Below are positions 1-7,929 of a DNA stretch of 64,000 bases, piece by piece. The translations under genes were made by a program, and so were the position numbers. The notes beneath the pieces are model-generated. The model saw nothing but the letters and a program-made list of their open reading frames with translations, was not told the origin of the DNA and did no database searches. Each line of letters starts with the position of its first letter. The stretch's first letter is position 1. The DNA lies in IMG/VR virus record IMGVR_UViG_3300040801_001224, positions 1-64,000 of that record. One strand, written 5' to 3'.

Positions 1-34
1 AGGACAGTTTCCCGGCGTAGATGTACCATTTCTA

Positions 35-241
35 TTGATGATACACATAGATAAAGAACCTGCGCCATTTGCTCGTGTATACAAATACGTATTAACGGAT
101 CCAGTGACTCTAACTCTCACTCAGTGTGAAGATCAAGATCAACTAACTAAAGAAGAGCAGGTGTTTATAGCATTATCGTACGGTGATCTCAATAAGGTTG
201 ATGATGTAACAATCGATTATGAGATTAAATTGGAACTATGA
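35..241 (+). CDS. small hypothetical protein, C-terminal motif family A
   Basis: Motif EEQVFIALSYG; ATGA-coupled to the next gene. Confidence 0.7.
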   Translation: MMIHIDKEPAPFARVYKYVLTDPVTLTLTQCEDQDQLTKEEQVFIALSYGDLNKVDDVTIDYEIKLEL

Positions 242-405
242 TACACATTAATTTAGATAAACTGTATTGGCGTGAAGAGAACTACTTGTTGTGGGGTTCA
301 TTTGTTATTGCTGTTATGATGGATGGCGAACTGTTTTTCACCCATTCATATGGTTCACGATTAACTGACGAAGAAAGAGCATACATAAGGTTGAAATACC
401 TATGA
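238..405 (+). CDS. 55-aa hypothetical protein, family A (not in ORF track)
   Basis: Hand translation MIHINLDKLY...TDEERAYIRLKYL; ATGA overlaps on both sides. Confidence 0.75.
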   Translation: MIHINLDKLYWREENYLLWGSFVIAVMMDGELFFTHSYGSRLTDEERAYIRLKYL

Positions 406-632
406 TAGACATAGACGACACAAACACAGATTGGGCACTCATAGCAAAGCAACATTACTATATGAAAGGTGATGGCGTTATGGGATATCACCGTGTACAA
501 GGACCATTGTTATCTGAAACCGGACGGCCACTGTGGTATTGGCAGGGTAACCAGTATTCATTTGAACATTGGTGTATATTGTGCGGCCATAGTGATGAAG
601 AAGCAATGCTATTACGGATGAAATACTTGTGA
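402..632 (+). CDS. hypothetical protein, family A
   Basis: Ends SDEEAMLLRMKYL. Confidence 0.8.
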   Translation: MIDIDDTNTDWALIAKQHYYMKGDGVMGYHRVQGPLLSETGRPLWYWQGNQYSFEHWCILCGHSDEEAMLLRMKYL

Positions 633-820
633 TCAACGAAAGCAAATACGAATATATTGGTGCCTACCAAGATAAGTTAACACTCCAGGAAGGTGTTATA
701 CTTGAACACAACAATGGCGGGTGGTACGAAGTAATCATCCGGTATTGGACTGAAGAGTCAACTAAAAAAATGCCAATCGATCCAGAAACAGATCTATATC
801 TGAGGATGAAATACTTATGA
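629..820 (+). CDS. hypothetical protein, family A
   Basis: Ends ETDLYLRMKYL; GTGA overlap. Confidence 0.75.
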   Translation: MINESKYEYIGAYQDKLTLQEGVILEHNNGGWYEVIIRYWTEESTKKMPIDPETDLYLRMKYL

Positions 821-1038
821 TACGAATAAGGCCCAAATACGCAAAGGCAAACAAGACAATTACATTACAGGAATATAGGCATTACGTAAATACCATCACC
901 CAAATAAACAGTCTTGAATATGCTTGGGTAGAGGATAGCAATAGAACTATGGGTATAATCGAAATTGAATTTGACTGTGAAGACGATGCGGCCTTTTTCC
1001 TACTGTCATTTGACTTATCAGAGTTTAACGTGCTATGA
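817..1038 (+). CDS. hypothetical protein, family A
   Basis: FDCEDDAAFFLLSF; ATGA overlap. Confidence 0.8.
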   Translation: MIRIRPKYAKANKTITLQEYRHYVNTITQINSLEYAWVEDSNRTMGIIEIEFDCEDDAAFFLLSFDLSEFNVL

Positions 1039-1226
1039 GTATTGAGCTTATGGATTTAATCGACTTGGACGACATAGTACTTGAACTGAATGTATTCTGG
1101 TGGGGGTTAAACATGGTGGGTTATAAATCCCGGTCCGGTGAATGGCTATGGGATGATGTACTTGAAGAAGAAGACCGCTTATACCTACTCATAAAGCATG
1201 GGGAGGTTAGCCATGTTAGTGATTAA
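1035..1226 (+). CDS. hypothetical protein, family A
   Basis: EEEDRLYLLIKHG. Confidence 0.75.
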   Translation: MSIELMDLIDLDDIVLELNVFWWGLNMVGYKSRSGEWLWDDVLEEEDRLYLLIKHGEVSHVSD

Positions 1227-1422
1227 TATAGCACCCGACTTCATACGCATACCTATACTTGCGGCATTTGAACGTGAAGGAATAGAGTACGAATTTGTAG
1301 ACACCGCACACATAATGGTTGATGGTGAGGACGAACTAATGTTTAAGATGAAGTTTGATAAATCTAGCATATTCTATGCGGCTATTGTTCCCAGGACTAA
1401 CACAAAGTATTACGAAATATGA
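1213..1422 (+). CDS. hypothetical protein, family A
   Basis: EDELMFKMKF; start moved to the ATG after SD GGAGG. Confidence 0.75.
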   Translation: MLVINIAPDFIRIPILAAFEREGIEYEFVDTAHIMVDGEDELMFKMKFDKSSIFYAAIVPRTNTKYYEI

Positions 1423-1643
1423 TTAGAATTACGTGTAACAAACCAGGTGAAAAAGTATTATTTACCCGGGAACTAAAAAATAAGAATATCAATTATGGTA
1501 GGGGTGCCATATTTGATGCGTGGGGTACCATATTTGATACGTTCACGATAGCAAGAGATAGAGACATTTTCCTCTTTAAAATGACTTATGGAAGCGTGAG
1601 TGACTTCAAGCAAATGTGTAGGACTAATCATGAAAGAGAATGA
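1419..1643 (+). CDS. hypothetical protein, family A
   Basis: DRDIFLFKMTYG. Confidence 0.75.
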   Translation: MIRITCNKPGEKVLFTRELKNKNINYGRGAIFDAWGTIFDTFTIARDRDIFLFKMTYGSVSDFKQMCRTNHERE

Positions 1644-1893
1644 ACAAATATTTATAGAACGGAACCTTAAACGGATATTCGATGCCAACATACAGATACT
1701 GAGAACTCAGCACGATCCTGATAACGTATCCTTTATGCTGGATAGCCAGGATCAATTTAGACTACTCTTAACATTTGGGGATAAGGACACACTCGACCAA
1801 GCTATCGCTAAAGCAATAGTGAGCTTGGCTCTCACCTACGATTTATTTGAGGATCCACAACGAGTACTTGACCAAGTAGGATATTCAGTATGA
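1630..1893 (+). CDS. hypothetical protein, family A
   Basis: DSQDQFRLLLTFG; start at MKENEQ after AGGA. Confidence 0.75.
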   Translation: MKENEQIFIERNLKRIFDANIQILRTQHDPDNVSFMLDSQDQFRLLLTFGDKDTLDQAIAKAIVSLALTYDLFEDPQRVLDQVGYSV

Positions 1894-2138
1894 CAGACGA
1901 AGAATTCATGTATAAACTACTCATGGGATTAACCATTGAAGACATACCAGAACTTGTTATACGGGGGTACATCACTGAAGTGAACACCACACCTATACTT
2001 CAAGGCAAGGACAATTTACAGGTATGCCACTCCCTTAAAGAATTCATGCTTGAGGGAAAACACATACAAGAAGACGAAACCATCGCTTGGGTTGGTGATG
2101 ATCTCATACTTGATTTCGGTCAATTTGGAGACCACTAA
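1890..2138 (+). CDS. hypothetical protein, family A motif at N-terminus
   Basis: Starts MTDEEFMYKLLMG. Confidence 0.7.
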   Translation: MTDEEFMYKLLMGLTIEDIPELVIRGYITEVNTTPILQGKDNLQVCHSLKEFMLEGKHIQEDETIAWVGDDLILDFGQFGDH

Positions 2139-2338
2139 TGGACATCGTTATAGTAACCGATCACGCACCCATAGCTGAACTGTATTTTGAGGAGAGATCC
2201 ATTGAATACACAAAATGCCCACACGATCAATTCCCCTTAACCCTATACACTGTCCAGGGAGAGAACAGCCTTGCCTGGATACTTGCTGGCGGACCAGAAG
2301 AACTATACCAACGACTGGGGTATAATAGACGTGACTAA
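2138..2338 (+). CDS. hypothetical protein, family A
   Basis: ENSLAWILAGG; SD GGAG; TAATG overlap. Confidence 0.75.
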   Translation: MDIVIVTDHAPIAELYFEERSIEYTKCPHDQFPLTLYTVQGENSLAWILAGGPEELYQRLGYNRRD

Positions 2339-2540
2339 GAATCAATACGTGAGTGAACGACTCAGCGAATACTTTGACGTACACATAGATCTAGAAGAAC
2401 CCAATTTTGGCATAACTGATGAAGACCTATTCATACTTAAATTAAACTCAACCAGTGATGAATTCCTGGAACGTTATAGACTATACACGAACGAATATTT
2501 TGATACACACGGGGGCATAAGCCAATGGCTAGGACACTAA
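2331..2540 (+). CDS. hypothetical protein, family A
   Basis: TDEDLFILKLN; probable GTG start overlapping the previous gene. Confidence 0.65.
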   Translation: MTKNQYVSERLSEYFDVHIDLEEPNFGITDEDLFILKLNSTSDEFLERYRLYTNEYFDTHGGISQWLGH

Positions 2541-2541
2541 T

Positions 2542-2570
2542 TTGACACAACCACTTTTCCACTGTATAAT
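2542..2570 (+). promoter_or_regulatory. sigma70-type promoter giving a probably leaderless mRNA
   Basis: TTGACA-N17-TATAAT; ATG 6 nt after the -10 box. Confidence 0.85.
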
Positions 2571-2576
2571 ATAAGT

Positions 2577-2825
2577 ATGGATATTCCCGTACTCAATCTA
2601 TTTGAAATAAACTATGAAATAGCTGATAAGACGAAAGAAGACAGCTTAATTAAAACTGATCAAGCAGAACTATTCACTGGTATACTTGATCTAGAAGAAC
2701 AGTTGAATGGCAGAAGATATGCTCCCGTAGTTAATGGACGTATAGTAACAAAGGAAGTCTTAATAGAACATTTAAATCTCTCAGACGAAGACTTATTCAA
2801 GTATAGACTGGAAGGACTCTTATGA
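2577..2825 (+). CDS. hypothetical protein, family A
   Basis: Ends SDEDLFKYRLEGLL. Confidence 0.8.
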   Translation: MDIPVLNLFEINYEIADKTKEDSLIKTDQAELFTGILDLEEQLNGRRYAPVVNGRIVTKEVLIEHLNLSDEDLFKYRLEGLL

Positions 2826-3100
2826 AGTTCATATACGTGATAAGAGATACAGATATAAGTAAAGTCAATAACTTATTAGAAGAAGAACTGGGCCATATCC
2901 CATCGTACGAACGTTCCCCATATGATGAAGGTCAAATGTATATGCCATCCATATATAAAGTTACGTATATACTCGGGGAAGAAGAAGAACTATATCTAAG
3001 ACTTAGGTGGGGAAATATCAGTAACTTTGGCCCATATATAACATTTATGATGAGAAAGAACAGTATATATGCTTATGATAAACATAAATTCATTAAATGA
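2822..3100 (+). CDS. hypothetical protein, family A
   Basis: EEEELYLRLRWG. Confidence 0.8.
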   Translation: MKFIYVIRDTDISKVNNLLEEELGHIPSYERSPYDEGQMYMPSIYKVTYILGEEEELYLRLRWGNISNFGPYITFMMRKNSIYAYDKHKFIK

Positions 3101-3187
3101 TATCTATATAATGGGCAGAATCATTAGAAAATATCTTAACGATGCGATACTGGTAAAAATGGGCATGGCTCGGCTGGGGAGAAAAAG

Positions 3188-3412
3188 TTGAAAAAACTAT
3201 ATGTGACTGCGTCAGATCTAGAGTTAGCCGAGCTCTATCTATATAAGAATAACCTTGAATACGTGGTGGTAGAAGTTAAACCAATAGTAGCCGAGTCAAG
3301 AGTTCCCATATATGAAATAAACCTATTAGAAGATGAAGACGCAATGATGTTCGAAATACTCGGGGGAGAACCTGAGTTCAGAGACAATCTAATCAAATGG
3401 TGGGAATCATGA
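3188..3412 (+). CDS. hypothetical protein, family A
   Basis: EDEDAMMFEILGG; TTG start after GGGGAG. Confidence 0.75.
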   Translation: MKKLYVTASDLELAELYLYKNNLEYVVVEVKPIVAESRVPIYEINLLEDEDAMMFEILGGEPEFRDNLIKWWES

Positions 3413-3618
3413 GAGGAATTAAAGTTAAAGAGTGTAGATGCCCTGCCGCTGTAGAATATCTAAGAGATCACCTGGGTATAGAGTTCACTATACGATCTAG
3501 CGATGAATTCATTGATGAGTCTATAATAATAATTAAGGACCAACGTGATGAACTCATATGGCAATTAGCCGGGGGGATCGAAAGTATGGAAAGCTATATA
3601 TGGGAGAATGCTAAATGA
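3409..3618 (+). CDS. hypothetical protein, family A
   Basis: RDELIWQLAGG; ATGA overlap. Confidence 0.75.
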   Translation: MRGIKVKECRCPAAVEYLRDHLGIEFTIRSSDEFIDESIIIIKDQRDELIWQLAGGIESMESYIWENAK

Positions 3619-3857
3619 AGACATTCTATTGTGCGTATACCGACATCCCATATATAAGTAAGTTCTTCACTGATCGTGATATAGGATTCACGTACACAGA
3701 GCTTGATCACAGTTATGAGATCCAATTAACTGATGAAGAGTTCTTCTTATTGCGGATACATGGTGGTTGGGAAGCCGTAATAGACTATACTATAGAAGCC
3801 CGTAAACATAACGATCTAATCCGATCCACAATACCCAGAGTTACCACCACCAAATGA
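3615..3857 (+). CDS. hypothetical protein, family A
   Basis: TDEEFFLLRIHGG. Confidence 0.8.
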   Translation: MKTFYCAYTDIPYISKFFTDRDIGFTYTELDHSYEIQLTDEEFFLLRIHGGWEAVIDYTIEARKHNDLIRSTIPRVTTTK

Positions 3858-3992
3858 CCATAGCAGTACCGCCTGTTCATGGTTTAGTGATCGTGGGGTA
3901 ACTTCCTTATAGATAATCCACATGATCAGTTGTCTATTAGAAGATCAATACTATAGAGACTTTAATATACTGAGTCATGTATAAATACTTAT

Positions 3993-4259
3993 GTGACGGA
4001 ATCTTTTATAATACACAGTGGCAACATAGAGCTCATTCGAATAGCTGTTCACCGGGTATTGTCTGATTATGCCGTTGATTCCATAAACCTAGATCCAATC
4101 AGTGTCCCCCATCATTATAGTCGCACTCGAGTCACCGTATTGTTTAGTGATGCTGAATGCCACTTAGCTTATCGTATACGTTGGGATGATGCCAGTATAG
4201 CTACCCATACACAGAGTGTTATGTACCGTATGGTGTCTCAGAAGTATAACCTAGATTGA
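3993..4259 (+). CDS. hypothetical protein, family A
   Basis: FSDAECHLAYRIRW; GTG 5 nt after TATAAATA. Confidence 0.65.
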   Translation: MTESFIIHSGNIELIRIAVHRVLSDYAVDSINLDPISVPHHYSRTRVTVLFSDAECHLAYRIRWDDASIATHTQSVMYRMVSQKYNLD

Positions 4260-4358
4260 TTCACCTACCTGGATTAGCCAATCGGATTCACCTAGATGGA
4301 TCGTTCAGTCAGGTCATTTCGCTGGAATGAATCAGATGGATGGGCCAGTCGGTCAGTC

Positions 4359-4388
4359 TATCCTGTGGGATTATCCTGTGGGATTATC
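4359..4388. repeat. 13-bp tandem repeat TATCCTGTGGGAT x2 plus a partial copy
   Basis: Copies at 4359-4371 and 4372-4384, partial at 4385-4388. Confidence 0.8.
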
Positions 4389-4391
4389 TTA

Positions 4392-4420
4392 TTGACAAAA
4401 AAATTTGGTTGTGTTATAAT
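4392..4420 (+). promoter_or_regulatory. sigma70-type promoter, probably leaderless
   Basis: TTGACA-N17-TATAAT; ATG at 4427. Confidence 0.85.
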
Positions 4421-4426
4421 GTCTTT

Positions 4427-4768
4427 ATGGATGATTCAAATAAATTAATTTATGAGATAGATAATTTACAATGGTCGCCGTATGGATCCATACGACCTAT
4501 TGGTCATGATGGCGATTATAATAATAAGCGTTATGTATTCAATGGTGTTCGTCATATTATACGGGAAGTATTTAGTGAGCAAGGTTATGAAGTTGGTGAA
4601 ATCATTATACGGGAAATTGATACGAGTTTTAAGACCCAGTTCATAATATACCTGGAGAGTGCCGAAGACCAGTTTGCTTGGATCATGACAGATACTGATG
4701 TCATTAGTGAAAGAATAGATGATGAAGTCGAATCTTTTCTTGACATGATGGCCCTAAAGAGTATATAA
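4427..4768 (+). CDS. hypothetical protein, family A
   Basis: LESAEDQFAWIMT; the track start at 4340 runs through the promoter. Confidence 0.75.
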   Translation: MDDSNKLIYEIDNLQWSPYGSIRPIGHDGDYNNKRYVFNGVRHIIREVFSEQGYEVGEIIIREIDTSFKTQFIIYLESAEDQFAWIMTDTDVISERIDDEVESFLDMMALKSI

Positions 4769-4775
4769 TATACTT

Positions 4776-4856
4776 GTTCAGTTGTTTTTAAATTGAACTC
4801 CTTTTTTATTGGAACGAATTTTACCCCCAGTGTGAAAATGCCGGGGGTATTTTTTT
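4776..4856 (+). ncRNA. candidate sRNA 1 (hairpin, anti-SD CTCCTT, terminator)
   Basis: TTGACA 4740 / TATAAT 4764; stem GTTCAGTT/AATTGAAC; no ORF; intrinsic terminator. Confidence 0.55.
4822..4856 (+). terminator. intrinsic terminator
   Basis: TACCCCC...GGGGGTA followed by T7. Confidence 0.85.
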
Positions 4857-5011
4857 CAAGGACTTAGGGTCATTACTTATGTAATACTTTCAAGGACTTA
4901 GGCTCGTTGGAAACTCTATTAAAATCAAGGGCTTAGGCTCATCTCTTTCTTCAATGAAATCAAGGGTTTAGGTTCACAGTTACCTCAGAATAAAATCAAG
5001 GGTTTAGGGTC
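4852..5011. repeat. array of five ~20-bp repeats (core TCAAGGRYTTAGGNTC) with unique 14-16 bp spacers
   Basis: Cores start at 4856, 4890, 4925, 4960, 4996; partial inverted copy at 5037-5044. Confidence 0.9.
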
Positions 5012-5151
5012 GGTACCAGGAATGGTTCCTTAAAGTGAGCCTAAGTTGTACCGGTCCGTCGGAGTTCCGGTCTAGATCATTCAGGCAACCGGGGTGTTTG
5101 TCTCGTCCCACCCCCCGGGACCTCCTCAGCGTTATTCCTAACTATACCACT

Positions 5152-5180
5152 ATTATAGCGAATTGGCTGGTCAATGTCAA
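5152..5180 (-). promoter_or_regulatory. reverse-strand sigma70 promoter pointing into the repeat array
   Basis: Minus strand TTGACA-N17-TATAAT followed by AGTGGTATAGTTAGGAA. Confidence 0.85.
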
Positions 5181-5276
5181 GAAAAGATATAAAAAGATAT
5201 GTCTAGATATGCCTGGACCATAATAGTAATTCTGGTTTTCCAATGATAAATAAAAGTACAGGGGGGGATATATAGT

Positions 5277-5450
5277 ATGTTAACTGGTCCGAATGGAGTC
5301 AAGTATAATATTAGATTTGAAGATGAGACCAGTGATGTAATACTGATATTACCCAATCACTCTGGTAAGAATACCGAGTTGAGATTTAACAGTGTCCGTG
5401 ATGTATTGGATTTCATTGGGCAGAAGAGCATAGCACAAAGAACAGCATAA
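5277..5450 (+). CDS. 57-aa hypothetical protein (not in ORF track), paralogue of the next gene
   Basis: MLTGPNGVKY...FNSVRDVLDFIGQKS; GATAAATA at 5245 and G-rich SD. Confidence 0.7.
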   Translation: MLTGPNGVKYNIRFEDETSDVILILPNHSGKNTELRFNSVRDVLDFIGQKSIAQRTA

Positions 5451-5466
5451 ACACACCGGGGGATAT

Positions 5467-5652
5467 ATGTTTCGCACAAAGCAAGGTTTACCATACGAAT
5501 TAGAGTTTGAATCTAACAACAACATAACTCTAGTACTATACAGACCAAATGGCAGGGCCGCTCGCGTTACACACTTCAAATCAATTCCAGACGTTCTAGA
5601 TTTCCTGGGTGAGGAAAGTCTAAACGAAGTATCTTTAGACCAAGTATCATAG
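5467..5652 (+). CDS. hypothetical protein
   Basis: FKSIPDVLDFLGEES shared with the upstream paralogue. Confidence 0.7.
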   Translation: MFRTKQGLPYELEFESNNNITLVLYRPNGRAARVTHFKSIPDVLDFLGEESLNEVSLDQVS

Positions 5653-5867
5653 AAGACCTTCTTTTGAGGGTTAAGGATTTAAGGGTATACATAGGTATGC
5701 CTTTATTGTATAACGATTATCACTAAAATCCGTAAAATATTATACTGAAATAGGGCAGTTTCATAGTATAATATTAATCAAATCACATGTTTTTAATCAA
5801 TTTGTTTTAAGAAAAGGGTGTTTTTTAGCACAAAATATTGACGTGTCAGAAAAGAGTCATTTAAGGG

Positions 5868-6302
5868 TCATTTAATAATGAACTTAGGGCGTTTAGATTT
5901 CTCTCCAGGCGCCCGTATGTAATACTTATCGGGACGTTTTCCATATGTTTCGGTAAGCTTAGGACGGTCTTTAACTACAGTATTCTGTATATAGTCTTTA
6001 GATAATAAAACTTTCTCCATTATAACTGAGCCATACTTACCACCGGTCTTTAAGTTATATGTGTCTGGACGCAACACATAGTATTCGTCTACATAATACT
6101 CTTCACGCTCTTCAGCAGTTTCCCGATCAGTAAATACTTCTAGTATACGTTTAATAAAATATGGTCTATCATTGTTATAAGCCCATGTAACAAATGTCCC
6201 GCTACCCATATAGTCATCATTCTCTGGGTCTACTGCTGAGCGGACGCCGATGTATTCCATGTTTGTTTTAGTGTTTATTAGTTTATAAATATAATGTTTC
6301 AT
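5868..6302 (-). CDS. GIY-YIG (Seg-like) homing endonuclease
   Basis: HYIYKLIN...EYIGVR...YMGSG...YNLKTGG; start MKHYIYK. Confidence 0.85.
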   Translation of the reverse strand: MKHYIYKLINTKTNMEYIGVRSAVDPENDDYMGSGTFVTWAYNNDRPYFIKRILEVFTDRETAEEREEYYVDEYYVLRPDTYNLKTGGKYGSVIMEKVLLSKDYIQNTVVKDRPKLTETYGKRPDKYYIRAPGEKSKRPKFIIK

Positions 6303-6380
6303 AATAATACTTATCATATGTACGATCAGTTATGTAGAGTGAACGGTTGACTTCCGGTCTACCATTTGCTATAATGTGTT

Positions 6381-6671
6381 ATGGATCTAAAAGAAGAAAA
6401 CTTTAGTATATACGTTGCGCTAGTAAGCTTTACCCTATCTCTGGGTGCTATCGTGTGGCTTCACTGGTGGGTTGGCATTGTGACATTCATCTGTTGTGTG
6501 ATTGGCTTTGCCATATTCGTAGACCGTTACTACACTAAAGAGATTAAGATTATATCCCCATTCCCAGTTAAGCTTGAAGGCCAGTGGCGATTTGTGTTCT
6601 ACGTTATACGTGGTAGCTATATGGTAACACCCGAGCGGCTATTGATGGATAAAATTAAAAATAGTGGTTGA
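6381..6671 (+). CDS. membrane protein
   Basis: Two hydrophobic segments; TTGACT-N17-TATAAT ends 5 nt before the ATG. Confidence 0.75.
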   Translation: MDLKEENFSIYVALVSFTLSLGAIVWLHWWVGIVTFICCVIGFAIFVDRYYTKEIKIISPFPVKLEGQWRFVFYVIRGSYMVTPERLLMDKIKNSG

Positions 6672-6720
6672 CATCCACTATTAATGTTGTTATACTTCTG
6701 GAAATAGTTAGGAGAAACAC

Positions 6721-7005
6721 ATGAAATATTTTGCAGAGTTCTATAGGGCACCATTAAAATCATATCCACAGCGTAACCCAGAGACTGGCCGTTACGAAGT
6801 TATGCCTAATCCCGACCCAGAGTTGCCAGTACCAGTGTGTGGTACTAATGGCCATTTAATACTGGACGGTCGCAAGAGCAAGTATAGCCACATGTCACAG
6901 GCTCGTGCCGTTGCTGAAGCCAATGGTTGGGTGGCATATCAGATTGTGAAGGGTGAAACGTTTACCCGCAACACTCAGGCAGTCACACCAGTAATGTACA
7001 TTTAA
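6721..7005 (+). CDS. early hypothetical protein
   Basis: Own promoter and AGGAG SD. Confidence 0.85.
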   Translation: MKYFAEFYRAPLKSYPQRNPETGRYEVMPNPDPELPVPVCGTNGHLILDGRKSKYSHMSQARAVAEANGWVAYQIVKGETFTRNTQAVTPVMYI

Positions 7006-7069
7006 AAATAGTGGTTGACACGACCACTTCTTGATAGTATAATGGTTCTAAACAGTTAGGAGAACAATT

Positions 7070-7435
7070 ATGTTAGTATTTACAGAAAGCCCAGGTTTAA
7101 CTACAGACGGTACTGGTTTTTGGAGTACATCTGAACTTACAGTAACAGTAGAAAAGTTAGACCTATCCTCAAATATTAAACGTGACTTTGGTGAGTTGCG
7201 TGTTATATTTGACACTGATACTTGGGACGTACAGATGGAAGGTCTCATTTATACAGACAAAGGTTTTATGACCGAGCTTAAAGCGTTACTGGAAGCCAAT
7301 GGTTTAGACGCCAGTGATATTGGTTACAGTGAACAAGGTATGCAGGGCGAGAACTATGTTAGCCTGGATGTTGGTGAGAACTTTATTGGCTCATGGTTGG
7401 ATCGTGGCATTGACTTTGAGGAGTACAACTTCTAA
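7070..7435 (+). CDS. early hypothetical protein
   Basis: Own promoter and SD; LIYTD and YSEQGMQG segments. Confidence 0.85.
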   Translation: MLVFTESPGLTTDGTGFWSTSELTVTVEKLDLSSNIKRDFGELRVIFDTDTWDVQMEGLIYTDKGFMTELKALLEANGLDASDIGYSEQGMQGENYVSLDVGENFIGSWLDRGIDFEEYNF

Positions 7436-7668
7436 TGTTACAGTTATTTGCTGAACAACTTAACGCGGTTTACCTAGTAACAGGTAGGCCGCTCATTACA
7501 TTCCCCTTGAACGACGAGCAGTCTTACCTAATGGCTCTGGAGTTACGTAGAGCTCAACAAGGATTAACTGCCCAGGTTAGACAGTTTGGGGTTAATGAAG
7601 ACATGATAGAGCTTGCTGAGTTCTATCAGAACGTTTACGAAGAACTCGTGGAGTTAACTAATGAATAA
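7435..7668 (+). CDS. hypothetical protein
   Basis: TAATG coupling. Confidence 0.75.
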   Translation: MLQLFAEQLNAVYLVTGRPLITFPLNDEQSYLMALELRRAQQGLTAQVRQFGVNEDMIELAEFYQNVYEELVELTNE

Positions 7669-7762
7669 CAGAAAGAACTTTAAGGACGCATTGGTCATTG
7701 GCGTCATTGTTGTATTGGCGTTCACTTACTTTGGTGACATCTTTGCTACGGTGGTTATATGA
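7661..7762 (+). CDS. 33-aa membrane peptide (not in ORF track)
   Basis: SD GGAG; MNNRKNFKDALVIGVIVVLAF... Confidence 0.6.
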   Translation: MNNRKNFKDALVIGVIVVLAFTYFGDIFATVVI

Positions 7763-7929
7763 AGCCCGGCATGTTGTTTGTTGCCAGCTTAATGTTAATG
7801 TTCTGGCTGGGATTGGGCCTAGCCATTGCTATGCTGTTTGTGATTAACATCTTTGTTGGCCTAGCCATAGCACTTGGTTTAGGTATAGTAGCGGCATTTA
7901 TTTTATATTATATCGGACAAAGTGGTTGA
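7759..7929 (+). CDS. 56-aa membrane protein (not in ORF track)
   Basis: ATGA overlap; two hydrophobic helices; stop lies inside the next -35 box. Confidence 0.65.
   Translation: MKPGMLFVASLMLMFWLGLGLAIAMLFVINIFVGLAIALGLGIVAAFILYYIGQSG

Noticed and set aside
4359-4388. DnaA boxes
   Set aside because: TTATCCTGT differs from TTATCCACA at three positions, which is too weak to call.
4340-4426. N-terminal extensions in the ORF track (also 9749, 10330, 59765)
   Set aside because: They translate promoter DNA (CYN/YN from TATAAT); the real starts lie downstream of the promoters.
4852-5011. CRISPR array
   Set aside because: Repeats are only ~16-20 bp and degenerate, spacers are 14-16 bp, and there are no cas genes in the window. 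Kept as an unexplained repeat array.
5035-5223. 62-aa plus-strand ORF
   Set aside because: It is antisense to a perfect promoter and GC-rich stems, has no SD and has atypical composition.
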